A stretch of DNA of 64,000 bases from Limnochordaceae bacterium (GTDB lineage Bacteria; Bacillota; Limnochordia; Limnochordales; DUMU01), in assembly GCA_014896305.1 (NCBI GenBank), contig JADBKQ010000001.1, positions 20,066 to 84,065 of the forward strand. Reading direction: 5' to 3'. Below the pieces are notes generated by a model. That model saw only the letters and a list, made by a program, of their open reading frames with translations. It did no database searches and had not been told where the DNA came from. Below are positions 8,756 through 18,058 of this stretch, one piece after another; position 1 is the stretch's first letter; each line of letters starts with the position of its first letter. Made by a program: the position numbers and the translations under genes.

Positions 8756-10425
8756 ACTACTCGCTCTCTCGACGCTTCCGCCCCCAGGCACCCAAGCAAC
8801 GTACGCCGGGACCGCACTCGGCGTCTCCCGTCTCGACCGTTACCCCCGGCCCCAACATCCGGCCCGGGGCACCCGCTGAAGGCACGCCGCCCATCTACTC
8901 TCTGCTGGACCAGGCAGCCCAAGCCCCCCTGTTGCCCCGGGCCGAGCAAAACCTTGAGCAACTCAAGGTGATGCTGGGCAATACGGCCGACTTGACCACG
9001 CGTATCCTGCACAGTCCCGTGTTGAGCGATCAGGTGGCAGCCCTGGCCTGGATCGACGGTCTGGTCGACTCCGAGCTCCAGAGCGAGAACATCATCGGTC
9101 CTCTGCTGGCCGGAAACCCCACCGCCAAGAAGGGGCCGCCCCAGCCGCTCCTGGCCGTGCTGCACCAGCGCTTGATCTCCGGCGCGGACGTTTCCGCAGG
9201 GCGTACCTGGCAAGAGGTGCTCACCGGCGTCCTGACGGGAAAGACCGTCATATTTGTGGATCGTGCCTCTGCCGCGGTGCTGGTGGATACCCGCAGAGCC
9301 CCCCAACGCGACCCCCAGGAGCCCGAGGTCGAAGCGGTCATCCGGGGATCCCGCGATGGTTTCACGGAAGACCTTCGCACCAACACCGCCCTCATCCGCC
9401 TGCACCTGCAAAGTCCCGCCCTCCGCTTTGAGGAAATCCGCCTGGGTCGCCAGTCCCAGATCCCGGTCAACATCGCTTACATTGCCGGTATCGCCCACCC
9501 GCAGCTGGTACAGGAGGTACGAGCCCGGCTGTTGCGGATAGCTCCCCGTTTCTCGTTCAATGTGGGGTCTGGCCCTATAGAGCAACTCATCGAAGACCAC
9601 CCGTTTTCTGTCTTCCCCACCATTCATCACTCGGAGCGGCCCGACAAGATCTGTGCTCAGCTAGCGGAAGGAAGGGTAGCCATCGTCGTTCAGGGGACGC
9701 CTGTGGTGTTGACCGCCCCCACGCTCTTTTGGGAGTTTCTGCAGTCACCCGATGATTACTGCGAACGCCCGTTCCTTGCCTCGTTCGTGCGCTTCCTTCG
9801 CCTGACCATGCTCGTTGCCTCGTTGACTTTACCGTCGATATATGTAGCGTTGATCTCTTTCCACCAGGAGTTGGTTCCTACTGTGCTGGCAATACGGATT
9901 GCCGGCGGACGGGAATCCGTCCCCTTTCCGGCGTTGTCTGAGGCAATGATGATGGAGCTATCGTTCGAGGTTCTGCGCGAAGCTGGACTCCGGATCCCAC
10001 GCCCGTTGGGCCAAGCCATTTCTATTGTCGGCATACTGGTGATTGGACAGGCAGCCGTATCCGCCGGGATCGTCAGTCCCATCATGGTAGTTGTGGTCGC
10101 TTTGACCGCCGTAGCCTCCTTCGTCAGCCCCAGCTACTCGGTGGCCATCAGCCTGCGGCTCCTCCGCTTCCCCCTGCTCATCACAGCCGGGATCGCTGGT
10201 CTATACGGCATCGCCTGGGTCCTCTTTGCCCTCGTCATACACCTGGCCAGCCTGCGTTCCTTCGGAGTCCCGTACCTGTCGCCGGTAGTGCCGTTCATCG
10301 GGGAAAACTGGCAGGACACGCTGATCCGCGCCCCCATCTGGATGACCCGCAGGCGTCCGTTCCTGTATACGCGCGGCTCCACACGGGTTGCTCCCCAACT
10401 GAGCCCTCGGCCGCCTGTGTCGTAG
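8752..10425 (+). CDS. gerKA: Spore germination receptor subunit A (GerKA/GerA family)
   Basis: EPEVE.VIRGSRDGFTE, SERPD, EGRVAIVV.GTP, QSPDDY, RESVPFP, EVLREAGLRIP, SLRSFGVPYL; GTG overlaps upstream TGA. Confidence 0.92.
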   Translation: MNYSLSRRFRPQAPKQRTPGPHSASPVSTVTPGPNIRPGAPAEGTPPIYSLLDQAAQAPLLPRAEQNLEQLKVMLGNTADLTTRILHSPVLSDQVAALAWIDGLVDSELQSENIIGPLLAGNPTAKKGPPQPLLAVLHQRLISGADVSAGRTWQEVLTGVLTGKTVIFVDRASAAVLVDTRRAPQRDPQEPEVEAVIRGSRDGFTEDLRTNTALIRLHLQSPALRFEEIRLGRQSQIPVNIAYIAGIAHPQLVQEVRARLLRIAPRFSFNVGSGPIEQLIEDHPFSVFPTIHHSERPDKICAQLAEGRVAIVVQGTPVVLTAPTLFWEFLQSPDDYCERPFLASFVRFLRLTMLVASLTLPSIYVALISFHQELVPTVLAIRIAGGRESVPFPALSEAMMMELSFEVLREAGLRIPRPLGQAISIVGILVIGQAAVSAGIVSPIMVVVVALTAVASFVSPSYSVAISLRLLRFPLLITAGIAGLYGIAWVLFALVIHLASLRSFGVPYLSPVVPFIGENWQDTLIRAPIWMTRRRPFLYTRGSTRVAPQLSPRPPVS

Positions 10426-10442
10426 GGGGTGCGAGGAGGTAC

Positions 10443-11699
10443 GTGTCCATGGTCACTCCACCATCTGGCGTATCACCGGGCAACATGGCCATCCCCAGGT
10501 CGGCGCAAGCAGACGAACCTATCTCTACCGGTGAAATGGCTGCCCTGGGAACTCACCTATTGATACCCACCACTCTCATGTTCCTGCCGACGGCGGTGAT
10601 TCGTATCGCTTTCCAGGATGGGTGGCTCTCGAACATACTGGGGTTCGGCCTCACCCTGATGCTGGCTGCTATCTTGTTGCCGCTCCTGGCTCACGCCGCA
10701 CCCGGCCAGGGATTGCTGGAAGCCCTGCGCTGGCGAGCCCCCTGGATAGCCCGCTGGCTCGGTCTCGTTTTTGGCTTCGCCCTCGTCCACCTGGAAGCGC
10801 TGGTGGTCATCGAAATTGGTATCCTCTGGCAACAGGCGGTGATGCCGGAGACGCCGGATACTTTCTTTGCCATTACAGCCCTTGTCCTCGCCGCCCTCTC
10901 CGCCCGAGCTGGCATCGAGCCGTTGGGTCGCACGGCTCTGCTGTTTGCCGGGATCTTGCTGATCTTCACCCCCGTGATACTGTTCATGAGTTTCGACCTG
11001 ATCCATCCGGCAGAGTTTCAGCCTGTGCTGGCCAACGGTATGAAACCGGTCGTCGTCGCCACCCAGCCGGTCCTCGGGTTTGGCGAGGAACTCCTTTTGC
11101 TAGCCCTGGGCTTAGGCTACCTGCGCCCCCGTCCGGGCTCCTCACCCGCGAAGGCTTCCTTTCAAGTGGTGGCGCTGGCGACCGGGATCAGTATGGGGGT
11201 TACGGTGCTCTTCTTCGCTGCCACCATCGCCGCCTTGGGGCCGCGCGAGGCATCCAGGGATCTGCTGCCGACGTTGACATACATGCACCTGATCCGGCTG
11301 GGGGAATTTATCCAACGAATCGAGGGGGTGGTGCTCCTGTTCTGGACCTGGTCGATTCTCACCAAGGCGGGGCTGGTGCACCTGCTGGCCTGTCAAGCCT
11401 GGGGAGCCGTCTTCGCCATACGCGATGCCCGCGTTCTGAGCCTGCCCCTGGTCGGACTGGTATTTGCTGAGTCTCGTATCCTGATTCGGGATACCATCGA
11501 GTTGGTTCACTACCTGATGATTTGGGGATTGATCGCTACTATGTTTTTCCTTGTCCCTCTGTTGATCGGCCTGGTCGCCATCGGGCTTACACCCTCTCCC
11601 AATCGTCCAGCTCCGCCACCGAACGCGGCTGTACCAGGACAGAACACTCTCAGCCCGAACGGTCCTTCTCCCGCGCCAGGGGGGCAACCGGTGCCATGA
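10443..11699 (+). CDS. gerKB: Spore germination receptor subunit B (GerAB/APC family)
   Basis: About 10 TMs; QDGWLS, MPETP, GIEPLGR, FIQRIE; position in operon. Confidence 0.88.
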   Translation: MSMVTPPSGVSPGNMAIPRSAQADEPISTGEMAALGTHLLIPTTLMFLPTAVIRIAFQDGWLSNILGFGLTLMLAAILLPLLAHAAPGQGLLEALRWRAPWIARWLGLVFGFALVHLEALVVIEIGILWQQAVMPETPDTFFAITALVLAALSARAGIEPLGRTALLFAGILLIFTPVILFMSFDLIHPAEFQPVLANGMKPVVVATQPVLGFGEELLLLALGLGYLRPRPGSSPAKASFQVVALATGISMGVTVLFFAATIAALGPREASRDLLPTLTYMHLIRLGEFIQRIEGVVLLFWTWSILTKAGLVHLLACQAWGAVFAIRDARVLSLPLVGLVFAESRILIRDTIELVHYLMIWGLIATMFFLVPLLIGLVAIGLTPSPNRPAPPPNAAVPGQNTLSPNGPSPAPGGQPVP

Positions 11700-13054
11700 C
11701 CTGCACGAGCAGTCGGCAGGGAACGGTCAGGCGTGGGGGCAGGCACTACTGGCTTGCCTTCTGGGTCGTCCTGGTCACCGTTTGCACAGGGCTCAGCAGC
11801 GGTGGTTGCTGGAGCCGCAAAGAGGTCACCGAACTGGCATGGGTCAGCACCATGGCCATTGATCGTGGCCAAAAGAGCGGCTGGTACCGGGTGTCCAGCT
11901 CGCTCCTGAACACTCGCACGGCAGTCGGCATGACCACCGCTACGGCCGTGGAGCCGCCTGAGTTCGTCGTATCGGTTGAAGCGCCTTCGATTCTGGAGGC
12001 CACCCGGCAGACCACTGCCATGTTGGGAAGGAGAGCGTTTTACGTCCACTGCGAAGTGATCGTGATCTCGGAAGAGGTAGCCCGCCAGGGACTCCGCCCC
12101 ATCATCGACTTCCTCACCCGGGACCGGCAGTTTTTGCAGGCAAAACGCCTGATCATCGCCAAAGGAAAAGCCAGCGACATCCTGGACGTGCGCGGCAGCG
12201 TGGAAGAGCGGGTCGGACGTCTGATCATGACCGCCCTGGACTCGGCCAGCGTGTACGGTCTGGCGGAGTCGGTGACCGTCGGCCAATTTGCCGAGGCTGC
12301 CTCCAGCCCCGGGATCGATCCTGTGTTGCCCGTCGTCGAGCGGGTGTCGCTCGAACCGCAAAATGTCCAGCGTTACTCCACCAGTGTGCCCGAGTTGAGC
12401 GGAGCCACCGGCCAGACAGAGCAGCACAGCCCCAGCAGCGCAATCATGGAAGGAGGTACGCGCCGGACGGTACGGGTGGTGGGATTGGCCGCCTTTCGCA
12501 ACGACCGCCTGGTGGGGTGGTTCAACGACGAGGAGAGCTTCGGGTTGACGGCCTTGCTGCGCGGTCTGCGCAACACACCGCTGACCCTGACATCACCTCG
12601 GGTCGCCGTCAGCCTTACCGGGGGACCGTCCAAGCTTAGAGTGAAGGTTTCGCCGGACGGGAACCTTGAATACACCTCGGAGTTGGCCGTTGATGTCTCT
12701 TTTCTCCAGGTCTTCGGCAGCCTGGACCTCTCCCGCCAGGAGGTCCATGATCTTCTGATGCAACAAGTGGCCCATGAGATCCAGCGGCGAATTGACAAGG
12801 CACTGTCCAGGGCGGCGGAACTCCGTGTGGATCCGGCCGGGTTCGGGCTGGCCTTGTATCGAGCGAACCCGAAGCGCTGGGCGCAGGTACAGGCCGGCTG
12901 GCGAGACCGTTGGCCCACCGTTCCCGTTCATTACCGGGTGGACATTCGCAGCCTGAAAACGGGGTTGGCGGTAGATGTGCCGCCTGTGAGCACCGATGAC
13001 GTGCCCCAACAAGCTGCTTCCCGAGTGATCCAACGATTGGAGGAACCAGTCTGA
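11696..13054 (+). CDS. gerKC: Spore germination receptor lipoprotein subunit C
   Basis: Lipobox ..SGGC-W then SRKEVTELAWV.TMAID; G.AAFR.DRLVGW; DP.GFG; ATGA overlap with gerKB. Confidence 0.88.
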   Translation: MTCTSSRQGTVRRGGRHYWLAFWVVLVTVCTGLSSGGCWSRKEVTELAWVSTMAIDRGQKSGWYRVSSSLLNTRTAVGMTTATAVEPPEFVVSVEAPSILEATRQTTAMLGRRAFYVHCEVIVISEEVARQGLRPIIDFLTRDRQFLQAKRLIIAKGKASDILDVRGSVEERVGRLIMTALDSASVYGLAESVTVGQFAEAASSPGIDPVLPVVERVSLEPQNVQRYSTSVPELSGATGQTEQHSPSSAIMEGGTRRTVRVVGLAAFRNDRLVGWFNDEESFGLTALLRGLRNTPLTLTSPRVAVSLTGGPSKLRVKVSPDGNLEYTSELAVDVSFLQVFGSLDLSRQEVHDLLMQQVAHEIQRRIDKALSRAAELRVDPAGFGLALYRANPKRWAQVQAGWRDRWPTVPVHYRVDIRSLKTGLAVDVPPVSTDDVPQQAASRVIQRLEEPV

Positions 13055-13293
13055 TGGCCATGGTTCTTTTCGCCACAGCCTTGTACGCGGTCGCAGCATG
13101 GTTGGAACTACCCCGGCTGTTACGCTACCGGGACTGGTCGGCCATCACCGGCTTTGCCGCGCTCAGTCTGCTGGGCATCGGAGCACTGATCGCCAGCGGG
13201 TTACAGCTGCTGCCGGAGGCGGTACTGATGCCGGTGATTGATGCCGGCCACGCGATTTTGCACAAACTCGGCCTGGGTGTGCCGCCTGGCTGA
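13054..13293 (+). CDS. Small membrane protein, probable germinant-receptor D subunit
   Basis: 79 aa, two TMs flanking ELPRLLRYRDW; start overlaps gerKC stop. Confidence 0.6.
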   Translation: MAMVLFATALYAVAAWLELPRLLRYRDWSAITGFAALSLLGIGALIASGLQLLPEAVLMPVIDAGHAILHKLGLGVPPG

Positions 13294-13375
13294 TCTCGCA
13301 CGAATCGAAAGCAACGAGCGACACGTCCCAGGCCGGTTCTTGACCCTCGCTAGCCTAGCTCAAATCGGATACCCC

Positions 13376-15565
13376 TCACGCTTGGGTCACCGATCCGGCT
13401 ACGTTGGCTGCAGCCACCTGTTCAGGTGCGGGGTGCTCCGCCACTACCACTGGTGTCAGGGCAATCTTCACATCCAGGGCCACAGCGCCCTTCCCCTTTT
13501 CGTAGGCGAAGAGCGGGTTGATGTCCATCTCCTTGATCTCCGGAAAGTCGTGAACCAGTTTCGCCACCCGCAACAGCATCTGCTCGATGGCGGGTAGGTC
13601 GGCCGGCGTCTCGCCCCGGAACCCTTTCAGCAACGTGTACGCTTTCGTCTCCCGGATCATCGCCGCCACGTCGCTCGTACGCAGGGCCTTGACCAGCCGG
13701 AACGAGACATCGCCGAACAGGTTCACGTAGATGCCGCCGAGTCCAAACATGAGCATCGGCCCGAAGACGTTGTCCCGGGCCATGCCGATGATCAGTTCAC
13801 GCCCGGCCGGCATCATCTTTTGTACTTCGACTCCGTAATGGTCGTTTTCGCCCAGGTACGGGGCGCAATTGCGCATGATCTCCTCGTATGCCGCCTGTAC
13901 CTTCGCCGCCGTGTCCAGCTTGAGGCGGACGCCACCCACATCCGTCTTGTGCAGGATCTTGGGCGAGGCAATCTTCAAGACCACCGGGAAACCAAATTCT
14001 TCGGCCAGTTGCGCAGCCTCCTGGGCCGAATGAGCCAGCCCCGACGGCGCTACGGTGATTCCATACGCCGCCGCTGCTTGTGCCGCTTCCACTCCCAGCA
14101 GCGTAGATCGGCCGTCCGCCCGTACCGCCGCAAAGATCTCTTCCACTCTGGCCCGGTCCACGGGCAGGGATTCGAAGTCCACCAACTCGCCGGCCTGTTG
14201 CTGGTACTCTGCATACTGGGCCATACCGGCAAAGCTGGCGACCGCCCGTTCCGGGAAAGTGAAGGCCGGAATGCCTTGCTCCTGCAACCGTTTCATCGCC
14301 TGGCCCACCGCTGGCCCACCCACCATGGAAACCAGCAGGGGTTGGTCCGGCCGCCGCCGGTGCGCCTCCAGAATCACATCGGTTACTCCGGGTGGATTGG
14401 TCTGCGCTTGCGGCGTAACTAGCACGAGGATCTCATCTACGTTCGGGTCTGCCTGTACCGCCTCGAGAGCTGCTGCATACCGCTCCGGTGGTGCATCGCC
14501 CACCACATCGACCGGGTTGTTGACGTTCGCCTCCGGCGTCAGCTGTTCCCGCAAATGTTGCTTGGTCGTGTCAGCCAGCGGAGCCATCTTGAGACCCATC
14601 TTTTCGATGGCGTCTGTTGCGATAATGCCAGGACCGCCGGCGTTGGTGACCAGGGCGACATTGCGGCCCTTCGGCAACGGCTGGGCGGCAAAGGCCGTGG
14701 CCAAGTCGAAGGCCTCTTCCATCGACTCTACCCGGATCGTCCCCGTCTGCTTGAAGGCCAGATCGTAGGCACGATCGTTGCCGGCCAGCGCTCCCGTGTG
14801 GGAACTGGCTGCCTTCGTCCCCGCCTCACTGCGGCCAGCCTTAAGAATCAGCACTGGCTTGCGGGCGGAAGCGGCCGCGGCCACCTTGAGGAACCGTTCA
14901 CCATCGTGGATATCTTCGAGGTAACAAAGAATGACCTTCGTATTGGGATCTTCCGAGGCATCTTCAATGAAATCCACTTCGTTGAGATCTGCTTTGTTGC
15001 CCAGACTCACGAATTTGGAAAAGCCAATATTACTCTCCAAAGCCCAATCCAAAATTGCTGCGCCGAAAGCGCCACTTTGCGAAATGAAGGCGATGGAACC
15101 ACGAGCCGGAGCGACCGCGGCAAAGCAGCCGTTCATCGGCACGTGCGTGTCTACGATACCGAGACAGTTAGGACCGACCAGCCGCACCCCGTATTGCCGG
15201 GCAACCCGGACCAATTCTTGTTCACGGATCTTCCCCTCGCCGCCGATCTCCTTGAAGCCTGCCGTAATGATGGTGCAGTACCGGACTCCGTTCTTGCCGG
15301 CCTCCTCCACCACAGGTACCACTGCTTTGGCCGGAATCACAATGATTGCGGACTCCACCGGCCCGTCTGCTGCCGCCGCCGTCAAGGAGGGGTACGCCTT
15401 ATGCCCCAGGATCTCACTCTCTTTGGGGTTAACCGGAACGATGCGGCCGGAATAGCCGGACTCCACCAGGTTCTTGAGAACGCTGTACCCAACTTTGCCC
15501 GGGGTTTTCGACGCCCCGACCACTGCGATGCTGCGTGCACCAAACAGGTCCCGCAAATTCGCCAT
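13376..15565 (-). CDS. Acetate/acyl-CoA ligase (ADP-forming), fused alpha-beta subunits
   Basis: SIAVVGAS..PGKVG, GPNCLG, SQSGA, GNKADL, SSHTGALAG, TNAGGPG, LHKTDVGGV, EMDINPL; no GNAT domain. Confidence 0.9.
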   Translation of the reverse strand: MANLRDLFGARSIAVVGASKTPGKVGYSVLKNLVESGYSGRIVPVNPKESEILGHKAYPSLTAAAADGPVESAIIVIPAKAVVPVVEEAGKNGVRYCTIITAGFKEIGGEGKIREQELVRVARQYGVRLVGPNCLGIVDTHVPMNGCFAAVAPARGSIAFISQSGAFGAAILDWALESNIGFSKFVSLGNKADLNEVDFIEDASEDPNTKVILCYLEDIHDGERFLKVAAAASARKPVLILKAGRSEAGTKAASSHTGALAGNDRAYDLAFKQTGTIRVESMEEAFDLATAFAAQPLPKGRNVALVTNAGGPGIIATDAIEKMGLKMAPLADTTKQHLREQLTPEANVNNPVDVVGDAPPERYAAALEAVQADPNVDEILVLVTPQAQTNPPGVTDVILEAHRRRPDQPLLVSMVGGPAVGQAMKRLQEQGIPAFTFPERAVASFAGMAQYAEYQQQAGELVDFESLPVDRARVEEIFAAVRADGRSTLLGVEAAQAAAAYGITVAPSGLAHSAQEAAQLAEEFGFPVVLKIASPKILHKTDVGGVRLKLDTAAKVQAAYEEIMRNCAPYLGENDHYGVEVQKMMPAGRELIIGMARDNVFGPMLMFGLGGIYVNLFGDVSFRLVKALRTSDVAAMIRETKAYTLLKGFRGETPADLPAIEQMLLRVAKLVHDFPEIKEMDINPLFAYEKGKGAVALDVKIALTPVVVAEHPAPEQVAAANVAGSVTQA

Positions 15566-15792
15566 CTGCACATCCACCTTCGTAAACAGTCTCGGGGCTG
15601 GGCGGGGTCCCGCTATCCGGATCGCCCCGTCTGGCCGCGCGCGACGATGGCCCGGCCGGTCCGTACGCTGCGGTCGACGGATGGCGATGCGGCCATTCCC
15701 TATCACAGCTGCGGCTCACCACCGGTGTAAGGATGCACTCGCGGCAGACAGTGCCCCTAATAAGGTAACGGAATCGGCCCGGGAATTCAAGG

Positions 15793-16593
15793 TCAAGCTA
15801 GTACCAACTGGCGCAAGACAGCCGCTACTGCATCCGGCCCAGGGGGTGCCACGACCTTGACCTTGGCTTTGATTTCCGGGTCGGCGATATCCATCGCTAC
15901 CGATATTCTGGCCTGCTCCAACAAGGCGAGATCAACAATCCCGTCCCCCATGGCCACCGCCTCCGCCAAGGTGAGGCCGTCCAGCAACTGCTGGCCCACC
16001 CAGGCCGCCGCTTTCTCCTTGGACGCTCCTTTGTCCAAAATCAAAAGCCGGTGTTTCCCCTTGTGGCTACGGATCGGCAACAGCGTGAGACGAGAAGAGT
16101 ACAGGGTCAGCAACTCCAGCGCTCGCTGGATTCGTTCTGGAACGGTCCGCACGGCCAGCTGAAACGGTGCCTCGGGGAGCTTCTCCCGCAGCCGGGCGTC
16201 GATTCGCAGGCGGGCCGTGGGCTCTTCGGCGGGGCGATCCGTCCAGTATGTGTGATCGTCTAATGCCACGCCGACGGCAAAGCCCTCAACTGCCAGTGTC
16301 TGGATGATTTTCTGGGCAAAGGCTCGTTCCAGGCGCTGTTGCCGCACAACTTTCCCATCGGACTGCCGGATGTCTGCTCCACAAAGGCAGATCACAGGGG
16401 TCGTCAACCCGAGCGGGGAAATGAATTCCCGGCACGCCGCCCAGCGTCTACCAGTCGCCAAGATGACCGGTAGGCCGCGGCTCACCACCTCTTGCACAGC
16501 CCTGGCGTTGGCCAGGGAGAGATGGCCCTGAGCATCTAGCAAGGTATCGTCGAGGTCTAGAATAACCCAGCGAGGTCTGGCCAGCTCGCTCAC
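15793..16593 (-). CDS. Cof-type HAD-IIB hydrolase
   Basis: LDLDDTLL, LATGR, ASKEKA, AMGDG..DL. Confidence 0.85.
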   Translation of the reverse strand: MSELARPRWVILDLDDTLLDAQGHLSLANARAVQEVVSRGLPVILATGRRWAACREFISPLGLTTPVICLCGADIRQSDGKVVRQQRLERAFAQKIIQTLAVEGFAVGVALDDHTYWTDRPAEEPTARLRIDARLREKLPEAPFQLAVRTVPERIQRALELLTLYSSRLTLLPIRSHKGKHRLLILDKGASKEKAAAWVGQQLLDGLTLAEAVAMGDGIVDLALLEQARISVAMDIADPEIKAKVKVVAPPGPDAVAAVLRQLVLA

Positions 16594-17798
16594 CCCCTAT
16601 GGACGCGCGATGGAGAGGTCTTCGGAGAGAACGGGAAAATCCCGGCTTGCTTCTGCGCCGCCACGATGGCTTCCACCTCTTCCTGGAGAGGCATCTCCAC
16701 GGCCTGGCCAGTCTCGGCCGCCCGGTATACCGCCAGCACCAGTTCTATGGCGTGCCGTCCTTGCACCCCGTCCACCGCTGGACTACGGTCTTCCCGGATG
16801 GCCTGGCAAAAGTCGGCCAGGAGCGGCAGGTGGCCCAGCCCGTAGACGGAACGGATCGCTTGCGCCGTCTCCTGCTGGACCTGCTGCTCTTCGCCGGGCG
16901 CTGCGTCAGCGAAGCGCCACGTCCGAATCTGATTGAGCGCCAGGCCGCCCACTATTACGGTACCCCGTTCACCAAAGATCGACAGCGTCTCTTCCAGATC
17001 CTGCGGCTCGACGGTGGTCGCGGCCTCGATCCCCCCCAACGCCCCACTCTGGAACTGCAAAGCAGCGACAGCGACATCCTCTGCCTCGAGCGGCCGGTAA
17101 CGGCGGGCGATTACCGCTTGAACCCGCGACGCCGGGCCCATCATCCAACGCAACAGGTCAATATCGTGAATCGACTGGTTGAACAGCGCCCCGCCGTCCA
17201 GCGCCCACGTCCCCCGCCAGGTGTCCGACGCGTAATACTCCGGGGTGCGCCGCCACCGGATGGCCGCCATTCCGTGGCTGAGACGGCCGAAGCGGCCGGC
17301 AACCAGTGCCTGGTGCAAACGAACAATCGTGGGATTGAACCGGTTTTGAAAAGAGACCGCGAGCTTGACGTGGTAGGCAGACGCCGCGGCAATCAGCTGA
17401 TCGGCGCCGGCCAAGGTAAGGCTCATGGGTTTCTCCACAACGATGTGCTTACCGGCCTGGGCCGCGGCGACTCCCATCTCCGGGTGAAGGCCACTGGGCG
17501 TACAAATGCAGACGGCATCCACTTCGGGATCGGCCAGGAGTTTTTGATAATCCGTATAAACCTTGACCGGCTGGCCTGGCCCATGGCTGAGACCGCCCCC
17601 CGCGGCATCTCCACCCGCAGCGTCGGCCTGTGCGGCCAGGGCGCGGGCTCGCTCGCTGCGTACATCGGCCACAGCTACCACCCGCGCGTCAGGAATACGC
17701 TGCAACGCCCCCAAATGGAAGGGCGCAATACGGCCGCAACCAATGATTCCGAACCGTAAGGGTTCGCCCGTGACTTGCTGATGTACCTCGTCGCCCAT
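16590..17798 (-). CDS. Gfo/Idh/MocA oxidoreductase (WlbA/WbpB-like)
   Basis: GIIGCGRIA, ICTPSGLH, VEKPM, FQNRFNP, WRGTWALDGG..NQSIH.ID; start uncertain (17798/17813). Confidence 0.85.
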   Translation of the reverse strand: MGDEVHQQVTGEPLRFGIIGCGRIAPFHLGALQRIPDARVVAVADVRSERARALAAQADAAGGDAAGGGLSHGPGQPVKVYTDYQKLLADPEVDAVCICTPSGLHPEMGVAAAQAGKHIVVEKPMSLTLAGADQLIAAASAYHVKLAVSFQNRFNPTIVRLHQALVAGRFGRLSHGMAAIRWRRTPEYYASDTWRGTWALDGGALFNQSIHDIDLLRWMMGPASRVQAVIARRYRPLEAEDVAVAALQFQSGALGGIEAATTVEPQDLEETLSIFGERGTVIVGGLALNQIRTWRFADAAPGEEQQVQQETAQAIRSVYGLGHLPLLADFCQAIREDRSPAVDGVQGRHAIELVLAVYRAAETGQAVEMPLQEEVEAIVAAQKQAGIFPFSPKTSPSRVHRG

Positions 17799-18058
17799 CC
17801 CAGACTCCCCCATTGCCACCCCGCAAGTTCTGTGCCAGTATACCACGCCGGCAGGTGGCGGCACGTGCGAGACGCAAGGAGTCCAGGCCGGTGTGTCGAA
17901 GGAGGAGGAGATGCTCGGTGAGCGACGGCAAAGATTGGAGTCGAAGACTGCCAACCGTCTTGTTGACGTCAATACCCATTTGTTCTCTGCCGACCTGCTC
18001 CCTGTGACCCAAGGCGACTGCCCTATTCGTGACCGTTTTCTGGAGGTGTAAACCACCC

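Noticed and set aside
13376-15565. Protein lysine acetyltransferase Pat/PatZ
   Set aside because: No GNAT domain, and the catalytic His of SSHTG is retained.
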